A DNA stretch of 58,920 nucleotides from a virus (taxonomy: Duplodnaviria > Caudoviricetes). A program made the position numbers and the translations under genes. Below the pieces are notes generated by a model. It was not told the origin of the DNA and did no database searches. It was given only the letters and a program-made list of their open reading frames with translations. Shown here in pieces: positions 10,430 through 18,032 of this stretch (the first letter of the stretch is position 1; each line of letters opens with the position of its first letter). The stretch is from the IMG/VR virus record IMGVR_UViG_3300027782_000095, positions 1 to 58,920 of that record; one strand, given 5' to 3'.

Positions 10430-10755
10430 AGTCCTAGCTTTTGATTTAATTGATTTTCTTCTTCTTCTGTTAGTTCTGCTTTCCATTTACCAAGAGGACA
10501 ATCTGAACTAAGTGCTCTTGTTTTTAAAGATAGAGAACATCCACATCCTCCTAGTTTTTCATTGCAACAAGGATGTGTTCCTTTAACAAAACACCCTTCA
10601 CCTTGCACATCTAGAAGTTCACAACTTAGGCAAATCTGCATTCTTTGTTGTGCAATCTCTTCTACATCTTCTTTCTTAAAAACACTATTCGTTATCCCCT
10701 CTATTATCTGACCCTTGTTCTTCCATATCTTTATTATGTTTTCTTTTAGACTCAT
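10426..10755 (-). CDS. Cys-rich Zn-binding protein
   Basis: CxxC...C...CC...CGC..K...CPxGKW pattern. Confidence 0.6.
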   Translation of the reverse strand: MSLKENIIKIWKNKGQIIEGITNSVFKKEDVEEIAQQRMQICLSCELLDVQGEGCFVKGTHPCCNEKLGGCGCSLSLKTRALSSDCPLGKWKAELTEEEENQLNQKLGL

Positions 10756-11116
10756 CTTTGTGCAGTTTAATAAAATCTTTACGTTGGTTTTCTTCTTGAA
10801 TTATATTTCTTAAATTTCTTAAATCAAATAAATTCTCAGCTATTTTAAAACGAGCAGTCATTTGCTGCATGCCTTTTTGTTTATTGGTCTCTTCCCATTT
10901 CTCAAGACTATTTATCTTATCTTCTAATTTCCAATGTTTGATGGTAAAGTCCCCAAGATTGGTGAGATGTATTCTTTGATGTTTTAAAGACGATAGACTT
11001 TTTCTCACCTCCTCCCAATAAAAAGATGTTACATCTTCTATTATATTTTCCCCAATGCCAGTTATTCTACTAGTATCAGATATTAATGTTTTAGCTTTTT
11101 TAGGATGTAGCAACAC
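10685..11116 (-). CDS. HU/IHF-like DNA-binding protein
   Basis: Helical N-terminus followed by IHLTNLGDFTI, resembling the IHF arm motif; IHF-like genes are typical of crAss-like late modules. Confidence 0.55.
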   Translation of the reverse strand: MLLHPKKAKTLISDTSRITGIGENIIEDVTSFYWEEVRKSLSSLKHQRIHLTNLGDFTIKHWKLEDKINSLEKWEETNKQKGMQQMTARFKIAENLFDLRNLRNIIQEENQRKDFIKLHKDESKRKHNKDMEEQGSDNRGDNE

Positions 11117-11465
11117 TTAAAAATTTAAAATCTAAAAGAATATTACCATCACTATGAATATTTAAAATAGGATTAAGAACTATTTTCTTTTTATTTTTTC
11201 CTTCTTTTATAATCATACCTTTCTTTTCCAACTTAGCTAAACAATTACGTGCACTTTGTGGAGAAGAAAATATCTTCTTTTCAAATATTACATTACAAAA
11301 GTTGGTGAGTTCTTGCTCTCCTTCAATAGCTAAATAAGTGAGACAATCAAGTTCAGCATTGCTTAATTGTACATATGTTAAATAGCAATGCGTAATAAGC
11401 TGGTATTTTACAATACCCCACTTATCCATCTTTACTTTCTTATCCACTTGGTTTACAATAGCCAT
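11100..11465 (-). CDS. Winged-HTH DNA-binding protein
   Basis: LSNAELDCL...SPQSARNCLAKLEKKGMI pattern. Confidence 0.55.
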   Translation of the reverse strand: MAIVNQVDKKVKMDKWGIVKYQLITHCYLTYVQLSNAELDCLTYLAIEGEQELTNFCNVIFEKKIFSSPQSARNCLAKLEKKGMIIKEGKNKKKIVLNPILNIHSDGNILLDFKFLSVATS

Positions 11466-11905
11466 TATAATTCTAATTTAAAACTTATGTATTCTTGCTT
11501 TGTGCCAGTCCAATCTTTATAAGATAGGATTGGAATGGCTCCAAAGTTTTCAAATATTTTCCAACAAGCACCTATACAGGCCTCTCCTGTAAGAACACTA
11601 AAGCCAGCTTCTAAACCCCACTCTATAGTCAGCTTAACTAAGTCATGACCATATCCCTGTCCTTTTTGTGTAGGAATAACAGTGAGACTATTCATATGTA
11701 ATACATTAGATGATTTCCAAGATAGAATGATTTCTCCCACTATCTCTTTTCTTTCATCTTTAAGCCATATGCCTTGGATGTTATTTTCTTCCTCTAGCAT
11801 GTATGTCTTATAACTATTATCCTTTCTTAGTTCTCTAGGTTGTTCTTTTTCAAACTTAAAGGTTTCTTTATAATCTTTAAGTTTATATAAAGGGGTTGTT
11901 GGCAT
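11465..11905 (-). CDS. GNAT-family acetyltransferase
   Basis: Motif A, LTVIPTQKGQGYGHDLV; C-terminal FENFG. Confidence 0.8.
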   Translation of the reverse strand: MPTTPLYKLKDYKETFKFEKEQPRELRKDNSYKTYMLEEENNIQGIWLKDERKEIVGEIILSWKSSNVLHMNSLTVIPTQKGQGYGHDLVKLTIEWGLEAGFSVLTGEACIGACWKIFENFGAIPILSYKDWTGTKQEYISFKLEL

Positions 11906-11908
11906 TGA

Positions 11909-12265
11909 TTACTTTTTAAGACCTCTTGATTTAGTCTGTTCTTCTTCTACAGGTGGAGCAGGAATAGGTTCTTCAGATCTTAACACTTGATCACCCACTT
12001 TCAATCCTGCTTCCACTAATTCTGGGTTGGCATCAAGATCTTCTTGTGTAAGATTGTAAGGTGTTCCTTGTGGTTGTGTTTGGCTAGGATTGGTGGCATT
12101 ACCTATAAAAGATAGAGCCTTGATTTCCTCAGCTCTAGCCACAGCTAATCTAGTGTTTAATTCTTGAAGCTTTAATTGAACCTCTTTCACTTCAATTTGT
12201 TCTTCCATAAAAGCAATCACTTGTTCTTTACTTGGAGCTTGTTGCTCATTTACTTGTTCTGACAT
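11909..12265 (-). CDS. Hypothetical coiled-coil protein
   Basis: 118 aa; contains LTQEDLDANPELVEAGLKVGD. Confidence 0.6.
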   Translation of the reverse strand: MSEQVNEQQAPSKEQVIAFMEEQIEVKEVQLKLQELNTRLAVARAEEIKALSFIGNATNPSQTQPQGTPYNLTQEDLDANPELVEAGLKVGDQVLRSEEPIPAPPVEEEQTKSRGLKK

Positions 12266-12283
12266 TTTGGTTTATTTTAATTG

Positions 12284-12406
12284 TTATATAATACCTTTTG
12301 ATTTAGCTACAGGTTCACCTATTCTTTCCATTGCTTTCTTAACAGATTTACATACAGCTTTCTTAATTTTTTTAAATAGCTTTTTTTTAATTTTATTTTT
12401 TAACAT
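12284..12406 (-). CDS. Small Lys-rich peptide (40 aa)
   Basis: Manual translation MLKNKIKKKLFKKIKKAVCKSVKKAMERIGEPVAKSKGII; fills an operon gap. Confidence 0.35.
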   Translation of the reverse strand: MLKNKIKKKLFKKIKKAVCKSVKKAMERIGEPVAKSKGII

Positions 12407-12420
12407 AATATATAGGGAAA

Positions 12421-12738
12421 TTAAAGAATGATGTCATCATCGTCACCAAGTGATAAGTTTAGATCAATCCCCCCATCCATCATATTTATATAAGACTCCC
12501 ACTTATTTATAAAGTCTAAATAGTGTGTATCTAATATAAAAGTTTCCCCTGTATTAGTGAATATACTAGTGCAGTTGTATGAAGGCTCCCCCAACTCATC
12601 TGTACTCATCTTAGCTGCTGTCACTACACCTATATCAATAGCAAATGGTAGCCACTTACCACCATCATCATTAAGACCTAGTAAATTCATTTCTGTAGGA
12701 TTGATTGTATGACAATGCACTTTACATCTGTGTATCAT
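12421..12738 (-). CDS. Hypothetical protein
   Basis: 105 aa, coupled to the upstream ORF. Confidence 0.6.
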   Translation of the reverse strand: MIHRCKVHCHTINPTEMNLLGLNDDGGKWLPFAIDIGVVTAAKMSTDELGEPSYNCTSIFTNTGETFILDTHYLDFINKWESYINMMDGGIDLNLSLGDDDDIIL

Positions 12739-12971
12739 TATAGTTGTTGTTTAGATTTACGTGATTGATTGTATTGATTGTAATTCATATACCTACTCCT
12801 GTTATTAGCCTTTATCATCTGCATAGCCATAAGTCTATAAGCTATCCCATCTCTTACATCCACCACAGGTACTTGTACTTCCTGACCCCATTTGTTTCTA
12901 CCCACCCTATAATGAGAAAGAAGTTCTTCTTCCCCCTCTTCAGTTAGTTTTCTAAATTCTGTCTGGTTCAT
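12738..12971 (-). CDS. Hypothetical protein, first gene of the leftward operon
   Basis: 77 aa; GTATATTAT motif immediately upstream. Confidence 0.55.
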   Translation of the reverse strand: MNQTEFRKLTEEGEEELLSHYRVGRNKWGQEVQVPVVDVRDGIAYRLMAMQMIKANNRSRYMNYNQYNQSRKSKQQL

Positions 12972-12974
12972 AAT

Positions 12975-12983
12975 ATAATATAC
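12975..12983 (-). promoter_or_regulatory. Putative phage promoter core GTATATTAT (packaging operon)
   Basis: Preceded by AAATTT...AGTTTAAA, as at the 2534 copy. Confidence 0.5.
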
Positions 12984-13183
12984 TTTAAATGTTTAAACTT
13001 AACAAATTTAATTATATATTATATACACCCCTATAATTAAATATCCCCACTTTGTTAATACATCTTACATATCCCCCCACTATTGTGTTAGAAGATGTAA
13101 TGGGGTATTCATGAGCAACCCCTACTCTGTTTTGGGGAGTGTGTGTACCCCCTCAACAATGTCACCTAAAACTCAAATATAAA

Positions 13184-13501
13184 ATGGAACAGTCAACAAA
13201 CAAACCAACAGTTCAATCTTTTGACGCTATCATCTTGACTATCGATGACGAAGCTCGTCCAAAGTCAAATGGCAAGCACTTCCTTCTTTGCGAAGTGGAG
13301 TTCAAAAGTGGTGCTTTATTAGGGAAGAAGTTCTTCGCTAATCGTACATTAGGCCCAAACAAAACAGAGATTTCTGTGGGACAAGATGTACAAGTGTTAT
13401 TGTCTTTTGCTGAAAGAGATGGCGTGAAGCGTCCTTTCTTTGAGATCAGTACCAGTCGTGTGGCAAGTGCAGAAGAGATTATGGATTTATTGGGTGCGTA
13501 A
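13184..13501 (+). CDS. First early protein, beta-rich (possible OB-fold)
   Basis: Probable start MEQSTNK at 13184 after an A-rich leader. Confidence 0.65.
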   Translation: MEQSTNKPTVQSFDAIILTIDDEARPKSNGKHFLLCEVEFKSGALLGKKFFANRTLGPNKTEISVGQDVQVLLSFAERDGVKRPFFEISTSRVASAEEIMDLLGA

Positions 13502-13631
13502 TCCCATTGTAACAGTATGCATAGTAATATGTGCATACTGTTATTTTTTAGTTTACACCATTGGCTCTGTCCAATGTTATTATATATTGTTTTTTAGTTT
13601 ACACTATTCACTCACAATCTAAAACTTATCT

Positions 13632-13724
13632 ATGTTAGCAACTATCTTAGCTAATGGAACTGTTGTAATCGTTAAGTCTCTTGTAGATGTAATGACTACA
13701 GCAGAAGATGTACGCAATGCGTAA
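13632..13724 (+). CDS. Small peptide (30 aa)
   Basis: Manual translation MLATILANGTVVIVKSLVDVMTTAEDVRNA, with an A-rich leader. Confidence 0.4.
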   Translation: MLATILANGTVVIVKSLVDVMTTAEDVRNA

Positions 13725-13885
13725 TACATCTCATCCAGAGAGAGCTCATCTCTGTTAAACCACTGAGTATCAACTAATTGTGTGTGTGTTTATCTATGTG
13801 GTAGACACACACTCTTTATTCTTTCATCTAATTCAAATAGCACTAATATAGACCACTTTTGGTGGCATTAGATAGCTATAATATA

Positions 13886-14071
13886 TGTTTAATGCATCAT
13901 CTCTACTTCACAAGGGTAGACAAATGTAATATATTGTAACCAGGTAAATAAGCATATTGCTAAATAACCTGAATAATTATGATAAGATAGAAATAGGTTA
14001 TAAGGTATGCTAGCAATACTGAATATAAAACATTATAGTTCCTATTATTACATTTGAATGCAGAGTGGACA
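13886..14071 (+). ncRNA. Twister-like self-cleaving ribozyme with expanded P5
   Basis: P1 TGTT/GACA; U^AA at 13890-13892; P2 TGCA/TGCA; P4 TCTAC/GTAGA; L4 (T)TCACAAGG; T1 CAC/GTG after conserved GA; P5 CAAATGTAATA/TATTACATTTG. T2 is UC/GG rather than GC/GC and L4 has one extra U. Confidence 0.65.
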
Positions 14072-14448
14072 ATTCTATTCTAGGTTATTGGTAATCCTTA
14101 GAAATCATTCAGTTTAATCCAGTATGTCTGTTTAATGCAATCTGGTAATTATGACATACACACACTTAATTCCCTGGAAAGGGTTGTACAGCTTGTAGGC
14201 CATTGTACGTAATGTAAAACAACCTTCTGAATGATGCTAACAGCATTAGATCTAAGCACATCTATAAACTGCTCATTTTATTTAACCACACTATTAGTCG
14301 TATAAAGGACTGATATGCAACACAGATGTCTTCTGGAGTGGTGTTATTATATAGGATTTCTAGCAGTTAGACTTCATTTAACTGTGGCTTTAGTGGTGAT
14401 GCATTAACCACTGTTTTTATTTCCCCAAACATTAAAAATTATTTACAA

Positions 14449-14694
14449 ATGAAAATGGAACTTACACGTAATGCTGACAACAAGGTTGTTGGCTACAAAC
14501 TAATTAAAGAAGAACATGACGATCTAGAAACCTTTGAAAGGGTGAGAGACATGTACTTTTGGGCTTTGGATCAAGAAGTATTGGTGTATGATGGTAGAAA
14601 GAGTGATGATGATGATAATACAACAGAACTCAACTTTGCTACTAAAGCACACCATAAAGAAAAAATGGACAAAATCAATTCTCCAATCATTTAA
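14449..14694 (+). CDS. Hypothetical early protein
   Basis: 81 aa ORF with an A-rich leader. Confidence 0.65.
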   Translation: MKMELTRNADNKVVGYKLIKEEHDDLETFERVRDMYFWALDQEVLVYDGRKSDDDDNTTELNFATKAHHKEKMDKINSPII

Positions 14695-14705
14695 ATTCAT
14701 TTAAC

Positions 14706-14927
14706 ATGAAATCTCTTATCGCAATCCTAATCTATTTAGGAACATTTATGGGTCTTTTTTTACTTATGTCTCTTATTGGCTTGTTATGGATGGATAGTTA
14801 TCATTCTATTATCTCTGACAATCCATGGTTTGTGTTATACACTATATTCTTTGGTTGGTGGATGGCTATGCTACCCACGCGAGAATATTATATAAAACAT
14901 CATCATTATTTCAAAGAAGCTTTTTAA
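14706..14927 (+). CDS. Small membrane protein (2 TM)
   Basis: Two hydrophobic segments. Confidence 0.65.
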   Translation: MKSLIAILIYLGTFMGLFLLMSLIGLLWMDSYHSIISDNPWFVLYTIFFGWWMAMLPTREYYIKHHHYFKEAF

Positions 14928-14984
14928 ATTGAATGCTAGTGTAATAGCTAGCATTCTTATTTTCTCATTTAATTATTTAAACAC

Positions 14985-15323
14985 ATGAAAAAGTTATTAA
15001 TTATCAAATCATTAATCATTATTGTTGTTATTGCTATTATAGCATTTACTACATCTTGTTCTAAGCCTAATCCTTATGATTGTCCACCAGCTGTAAATGC
15101 AAATAAGCAAATTCATACAGAAGATATGGAAAGTCTTGTTAAGACAAGCCAGCTCGTTTCTATTGCAATAGCTGATACAGTGGATGGTAGAGTGACATAC
15201 AATGTTTCTTTTCCTGATGGCACTGTATTAGACTCTATGTATGCTGAAGAGATCGCTAATGGTCTTATTACAGGCAAATGGGATTATAATGAAGATTTAG
15301 CAATCATCACTCACATCTTCTAA
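14985..15323 (+). CDS. Putative lipoprotein
   Basis: MKK, hydrophobic stretch and FTTSC lipobox. Confidence 0.65.
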   Translation: MKKLLIIKSLIIIVVIAIIAFTTSCSKPNPYDCPPAVNANKQIHTEDMESLVKTSQLVSIAIADTVDGRVTYNVSFPDGTVLDSMYAEEIANGLITGKWDYNEDLAIITHIF

Positions 15324-15367
15324 ATTCTTACTCTTTTAACAATTATTTTTCACTAAATCAAACCAAA

Positions 15368-15520
15368 ATGAAAACAATTATCGTAGCTATTACAGCAGTG
15401 TTATTCTCTTGTAACAGCTCAACTAACACAACCTCTCCTTCTATGGATAGTGTTAAAGTGGCTAACGACACAACAGTTACTCATTGTGGTGCTATTCCTA
15501 AAAAGGACAGCACGAAATAA
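15368..15520 (+). CDS. Small putative lipoprotein (50 aa)
   Basis: Manual translation MKTIIVAITAVLFSCNSSTNTTSPSMDSVKVAND...; LFSC lipobox. Confidence 0.55.
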   Translation: MKTIIVAITAVLFSCNSSTNTTSPSMDSVKVANDTTVTHCGAIPKKDSTK

Positions 15521-15635
15521 ATAAGTGAGGGCTCATCTGTGCACTATTATCATACTAGTATATTATAGTATACTATGTTTATAGGTCATTAGTGAGCTCT
15601 CCCTATTTTATGGTTTGATTGATAATCAATTAGTT

Positions 15636-15872
15636 ATGAAAAAACAGCTATTATGGAGTTTTTGGCTATTAATGAGCATATTATGGTGGTTATCTCTATC
15701 CATATATATCATTGTATTTAAACTACCATCTCAATTACATCAACTGGGGCAAGAACATCCTTGGTTTATTGTAAATCTATTGGCAAGCATAGTAAATATA
15801 ATTGCTTGTGTATACATAGGCTCAATCATGCCATCAACAAATAAAAATCATTACACTCCAACTAAATTTTAA
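15636..15872 (+). CDS. Small membrane protein (2 TM)
   Basis: Probable start MKKQLLW; two hydrophobic segments. Confidence 0.5.
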   Translation: MKKQLLWSFWLLMSILWWLSLSIYIIVFKLPSQLHQLGQEHPWFIVNLLASIVNIIACVYIGSIMPSTNKNHYTPTKF

Positions 15873-15875
15873 AAA

Positions 15876-16136
15876 ATGAAAGTATCTAAAGAACTATTTG
15901 TTATGTTGGCAAAGGCAATGTCAACAGATGACGTTATAGAAAAAATGGAAGAAACCATTAATAAATACAAAGAAGCAAAAATGTTGAATATTGATCTTGA
16001 TGACGCATTAGAAAGCTTACATATTGCTACACATCTATTCATTATGAACTCTATGGAGAAAAGTCCAGATGAAATCATAAAAGAAATGAACAAAGTGGAT
16101 CAACGTGTTAAATTCTTTGACACAGAAGTAAACTAA
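15876..16136 (+). CDS. Hypothetical helical protein
   Basis: 86 aa ORF. Confidence 0.6.
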   Translation: MKVSKELFVMLAKAMSTDDVIEKMEETINKYKEAKMLNIDLDDALESLHIATHLFIMNSMEKSPDEIIKEMNKVDQRVKFFDTEVN

Positions 16137-16142
16137 TTATGG

Positions 16143-16349
16143 ATGGGGAAAGCCTGGCGATCATATCAAAGGGCTACCTATTTAAATTTTATAGTTATGA
16201 TAATGTGTTTAGTAAATTCAATAACTAAAAAACGTATGCTTGTCACTAGAGTTACATTAGACTATTTTATTTGTGATAGAGTGAATTATATATCTAAAAA
16301 AGATGTAGCACTTGGCAAATATTATATCGAAATGCTAGTAAAAGCTTAA
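16143..16349 (+). CDS. Hypothetical protein (true start may be downstream)
   Basis: Short ORF in early-operon orientation. Confidence 0.35.
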   Translation: MGKAWRSYQRATYLNFIVMIMCLVNSITKKRMLVTRVTLDYFICDRVNYISKKDVALGKYYIEMLVKA

Positions 16350-16577
16350 AATACGAGGCAAGTAGTTACTGCCTAATGTGCCTTACATGATGGGAAACAG
16401 CTTGACAACTGTATAGGTTTGCTCGTATAACAAAGTTATACCAAGATGATAACTTTAACTACAATCTATTCCTAACCTCTACCTGTGAAGAACTAGATGA
16501 GGGACAGCCACAACACTTGTAAGCTGGATAAAACAGAGTGTCACTTTTTATTATTTAAACAATTAAAATTTATAAAC

Positions 16578-16730
16578 GTGAAAAAATTAGAAACATTATT
16601 AGCAGGAATAATAGTAGGTGGATTTATATGCATGCTATTGTTTGCAATGACGTCTTGTAGAACAGGATATGGCTGTAAAGGAAATCAAAGCTGGGGTAAG
16701 ATGGAAAGACGTATTAACTCACCTTATTAA
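16578..16730 (+). CDS. Small putative lipoprotein
   Basis: GTG start, KK, hydrophobic stretch and MTSC lipobox. Confidence 0.5.
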   Translation: MKKLETLLAGIIVGGFICMLLFAMTSCRTGYGCKGNQSWGKMERRINSPY

Positions 16731-16739
16731 ACTACTATT

Positions 16740-16898
16740 ATGATAAATTTAGTAAAAGAACCAATGCCAATAAAAATAGAGGCAGATGGTAAGAAATTAT
16801 GGATTGTTCCATCTAATAAAGATGGAGTGGATTATAAAATATGGGCACAATCTTATGCTGAGGCATTACAATTGCTACCCATGATTGAATCATTCTAA
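16740..16898 (+). CDS. Small hypothetical protein (52 aa)
   Basis: Manual translation MINLVKEPMPIKIEADGKKLWIVP...LPMIESF; fills the gap between neighbours. Confidence 0.5.
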   Translation: MINLVKEPMPIKIEADGKKLWIVPSNKDGVDYKIWAQSYAEALQLLPMIESF

Positions 16899-16903
16899 AT
16901 ATT

Positions 16904-17086
16904 ATGAAAATCATGATTTACATTAAAACATTTTTATTTGGTATTAGAGCTCAAGGAGAAAAACTTCCTGAGCCTAAACTACGACCAGAAAGACCATATG
17001 ATGCACTAGATTGTACTAAATGGTGTCAAGAATTCAAATTTGGTAATAAATATGGGCATAGAGGCTCATTCTATAAAAGAAGGTGA
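16904..17086 (+). CDS. Hypothetical protein
   Basis: 60 aa ORF. Confidence 0.5.
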   Translation: MKIMIYIKTFLFGIRAQGEKLPEPKLRPERPYDALDCTKWCQEFKFGNKYGHRGSFYKRR

Positions 17087-17381
17087 GGCTAGCACAAGCT
17101 AGTACCTATGATGTGTCATTACATCTATAGGATTTAGGGGCACGTTCTTGCCCTAACCAATCCAACTCAGGATACTGATCAACCATGAACGTGTGTATAG
17201 ACGAGAATCTATTCTAATCAGGGATGAAAAAATAACCTGTAATTGTGATCAGCCTATTACACCCTTGTTACGTTAGGACTTTGTCCTGTATCTACCATAT
17301 GTAGAGCTATTGCAGCTGCTACAATGACTAGTAGTGATACACCCAGGGTGGGTGAAGCCCTGTTTTTTTAAATCTTTTATT

Positions 17382-17624
17382 ATGGATAATTGTAAAGAAT
17401 GTTTACAACTAGAAACTATGTTTGATACAATAGGTAAAACATATTATAGAATGGATGAAGAAAAAGTTTTGTGTTATAGACATTGGCATCAAGGAAATAG
17501 ACCTAAATTTGTACATAAAGGAGACTATTATGAAATATTTTCTAATCAATCAATAGCAAAAGCTAAAGGTATAAACAAAGATGAAAAATTTAAGGCTCCA
17601 AAGAGGATTTGGTATGGTATCTAA
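17382..17624 (+). CDS. Hypothetical protein with CxxC...CxxH (possible Zn site)
   Basis: Probable start MDNCKEC. Confidence 0.5.
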   Translation: MDNCKECLQLETMFDTIGKTYYRMDEEKVLCYRHWHQGNRPKFVHKGDYYEIFSNQSIAKAKGINKDEKFKAPKRIWYGI

Positions 17625-17862
17625 TACTGTTATTAGAGATCCTGATATTTCTTTAAGAGATAAAGCTATTTATGCTCATTTATGTTCTTATGCAGATGGT
17701 AAAACTAATGAACTCACTGTAGGTATTGACAGAATTGCTTCTGAATGTGGTGTAGACCACTCTACAGTGAAACGAAGTATTAAAACACTCATAGATAAGA
17801 AAGTGCTTACAAGAATTAAAAGAGGAATGAATGTTACATCAATAACAATTTTATTAAAATAA
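17581..17862 (+). CDS. Winged-HTH protein (replication-initiator-like N-terminal HTH)
   Basis: VSNTVIRDPDISLRDKAIYAHLCSYA...IASECGVDHSTVKRSIKTL. Confidence 0.75.
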   Translation: MKNLRLQRGFGMVSNTVIRDPDISLRDKAIYAHLCSYADGKTNELTVGIDRIASECGVDHSTVKRSIKTLIDKKVLTRIKRGMNVTSITILLK

Positions 17863-18013
17863 TTAGTACGATTAAGAGTGCCATACTAGTACAGAAGTGA
17901 GAAGCAAGTACGTACTGTTTATATGTGACTGTTCCCTGCATTGCTAGGACGTTCAGCTTATAACTTAAGGTCAGAGCATTCTCTAAATTAGAAAATATGT
18001 CCTCTTAATGTAC

Positions 18014-18021
18014 TATATTTG
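18014..18021 (+). promoter_or_regulatory. Bacteroidota sigma-A -7 element TATATTTG
   Basis: Matches TAnnTTTG; lies 11 nt before the tRNA-like/tmRNA unit. Confidence 0.55.
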
Positions 18022-18032
18022 TAAAAATATTT

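Noticed and set aside
13736-13790. Pistol ribozyme (hairpin followed by TTAAA)
   Set aside because: P2/P3 and the GU cleavage-site region are missing; kept only as a pseudoknot.
16471-16545. Second twister or HDV-like (theta) ribozyme
   Set aside because: Fragments (UAA, AAGC, GAGUG) are present, but P2/T1 spacing and a P3/L3 cannot be built.
17975-17995. CTCTAAA as an amber-suppressor anticodon loop
   Set aside because: The flanking bases do not form an anticodon stem in that register, and there is no T arm.
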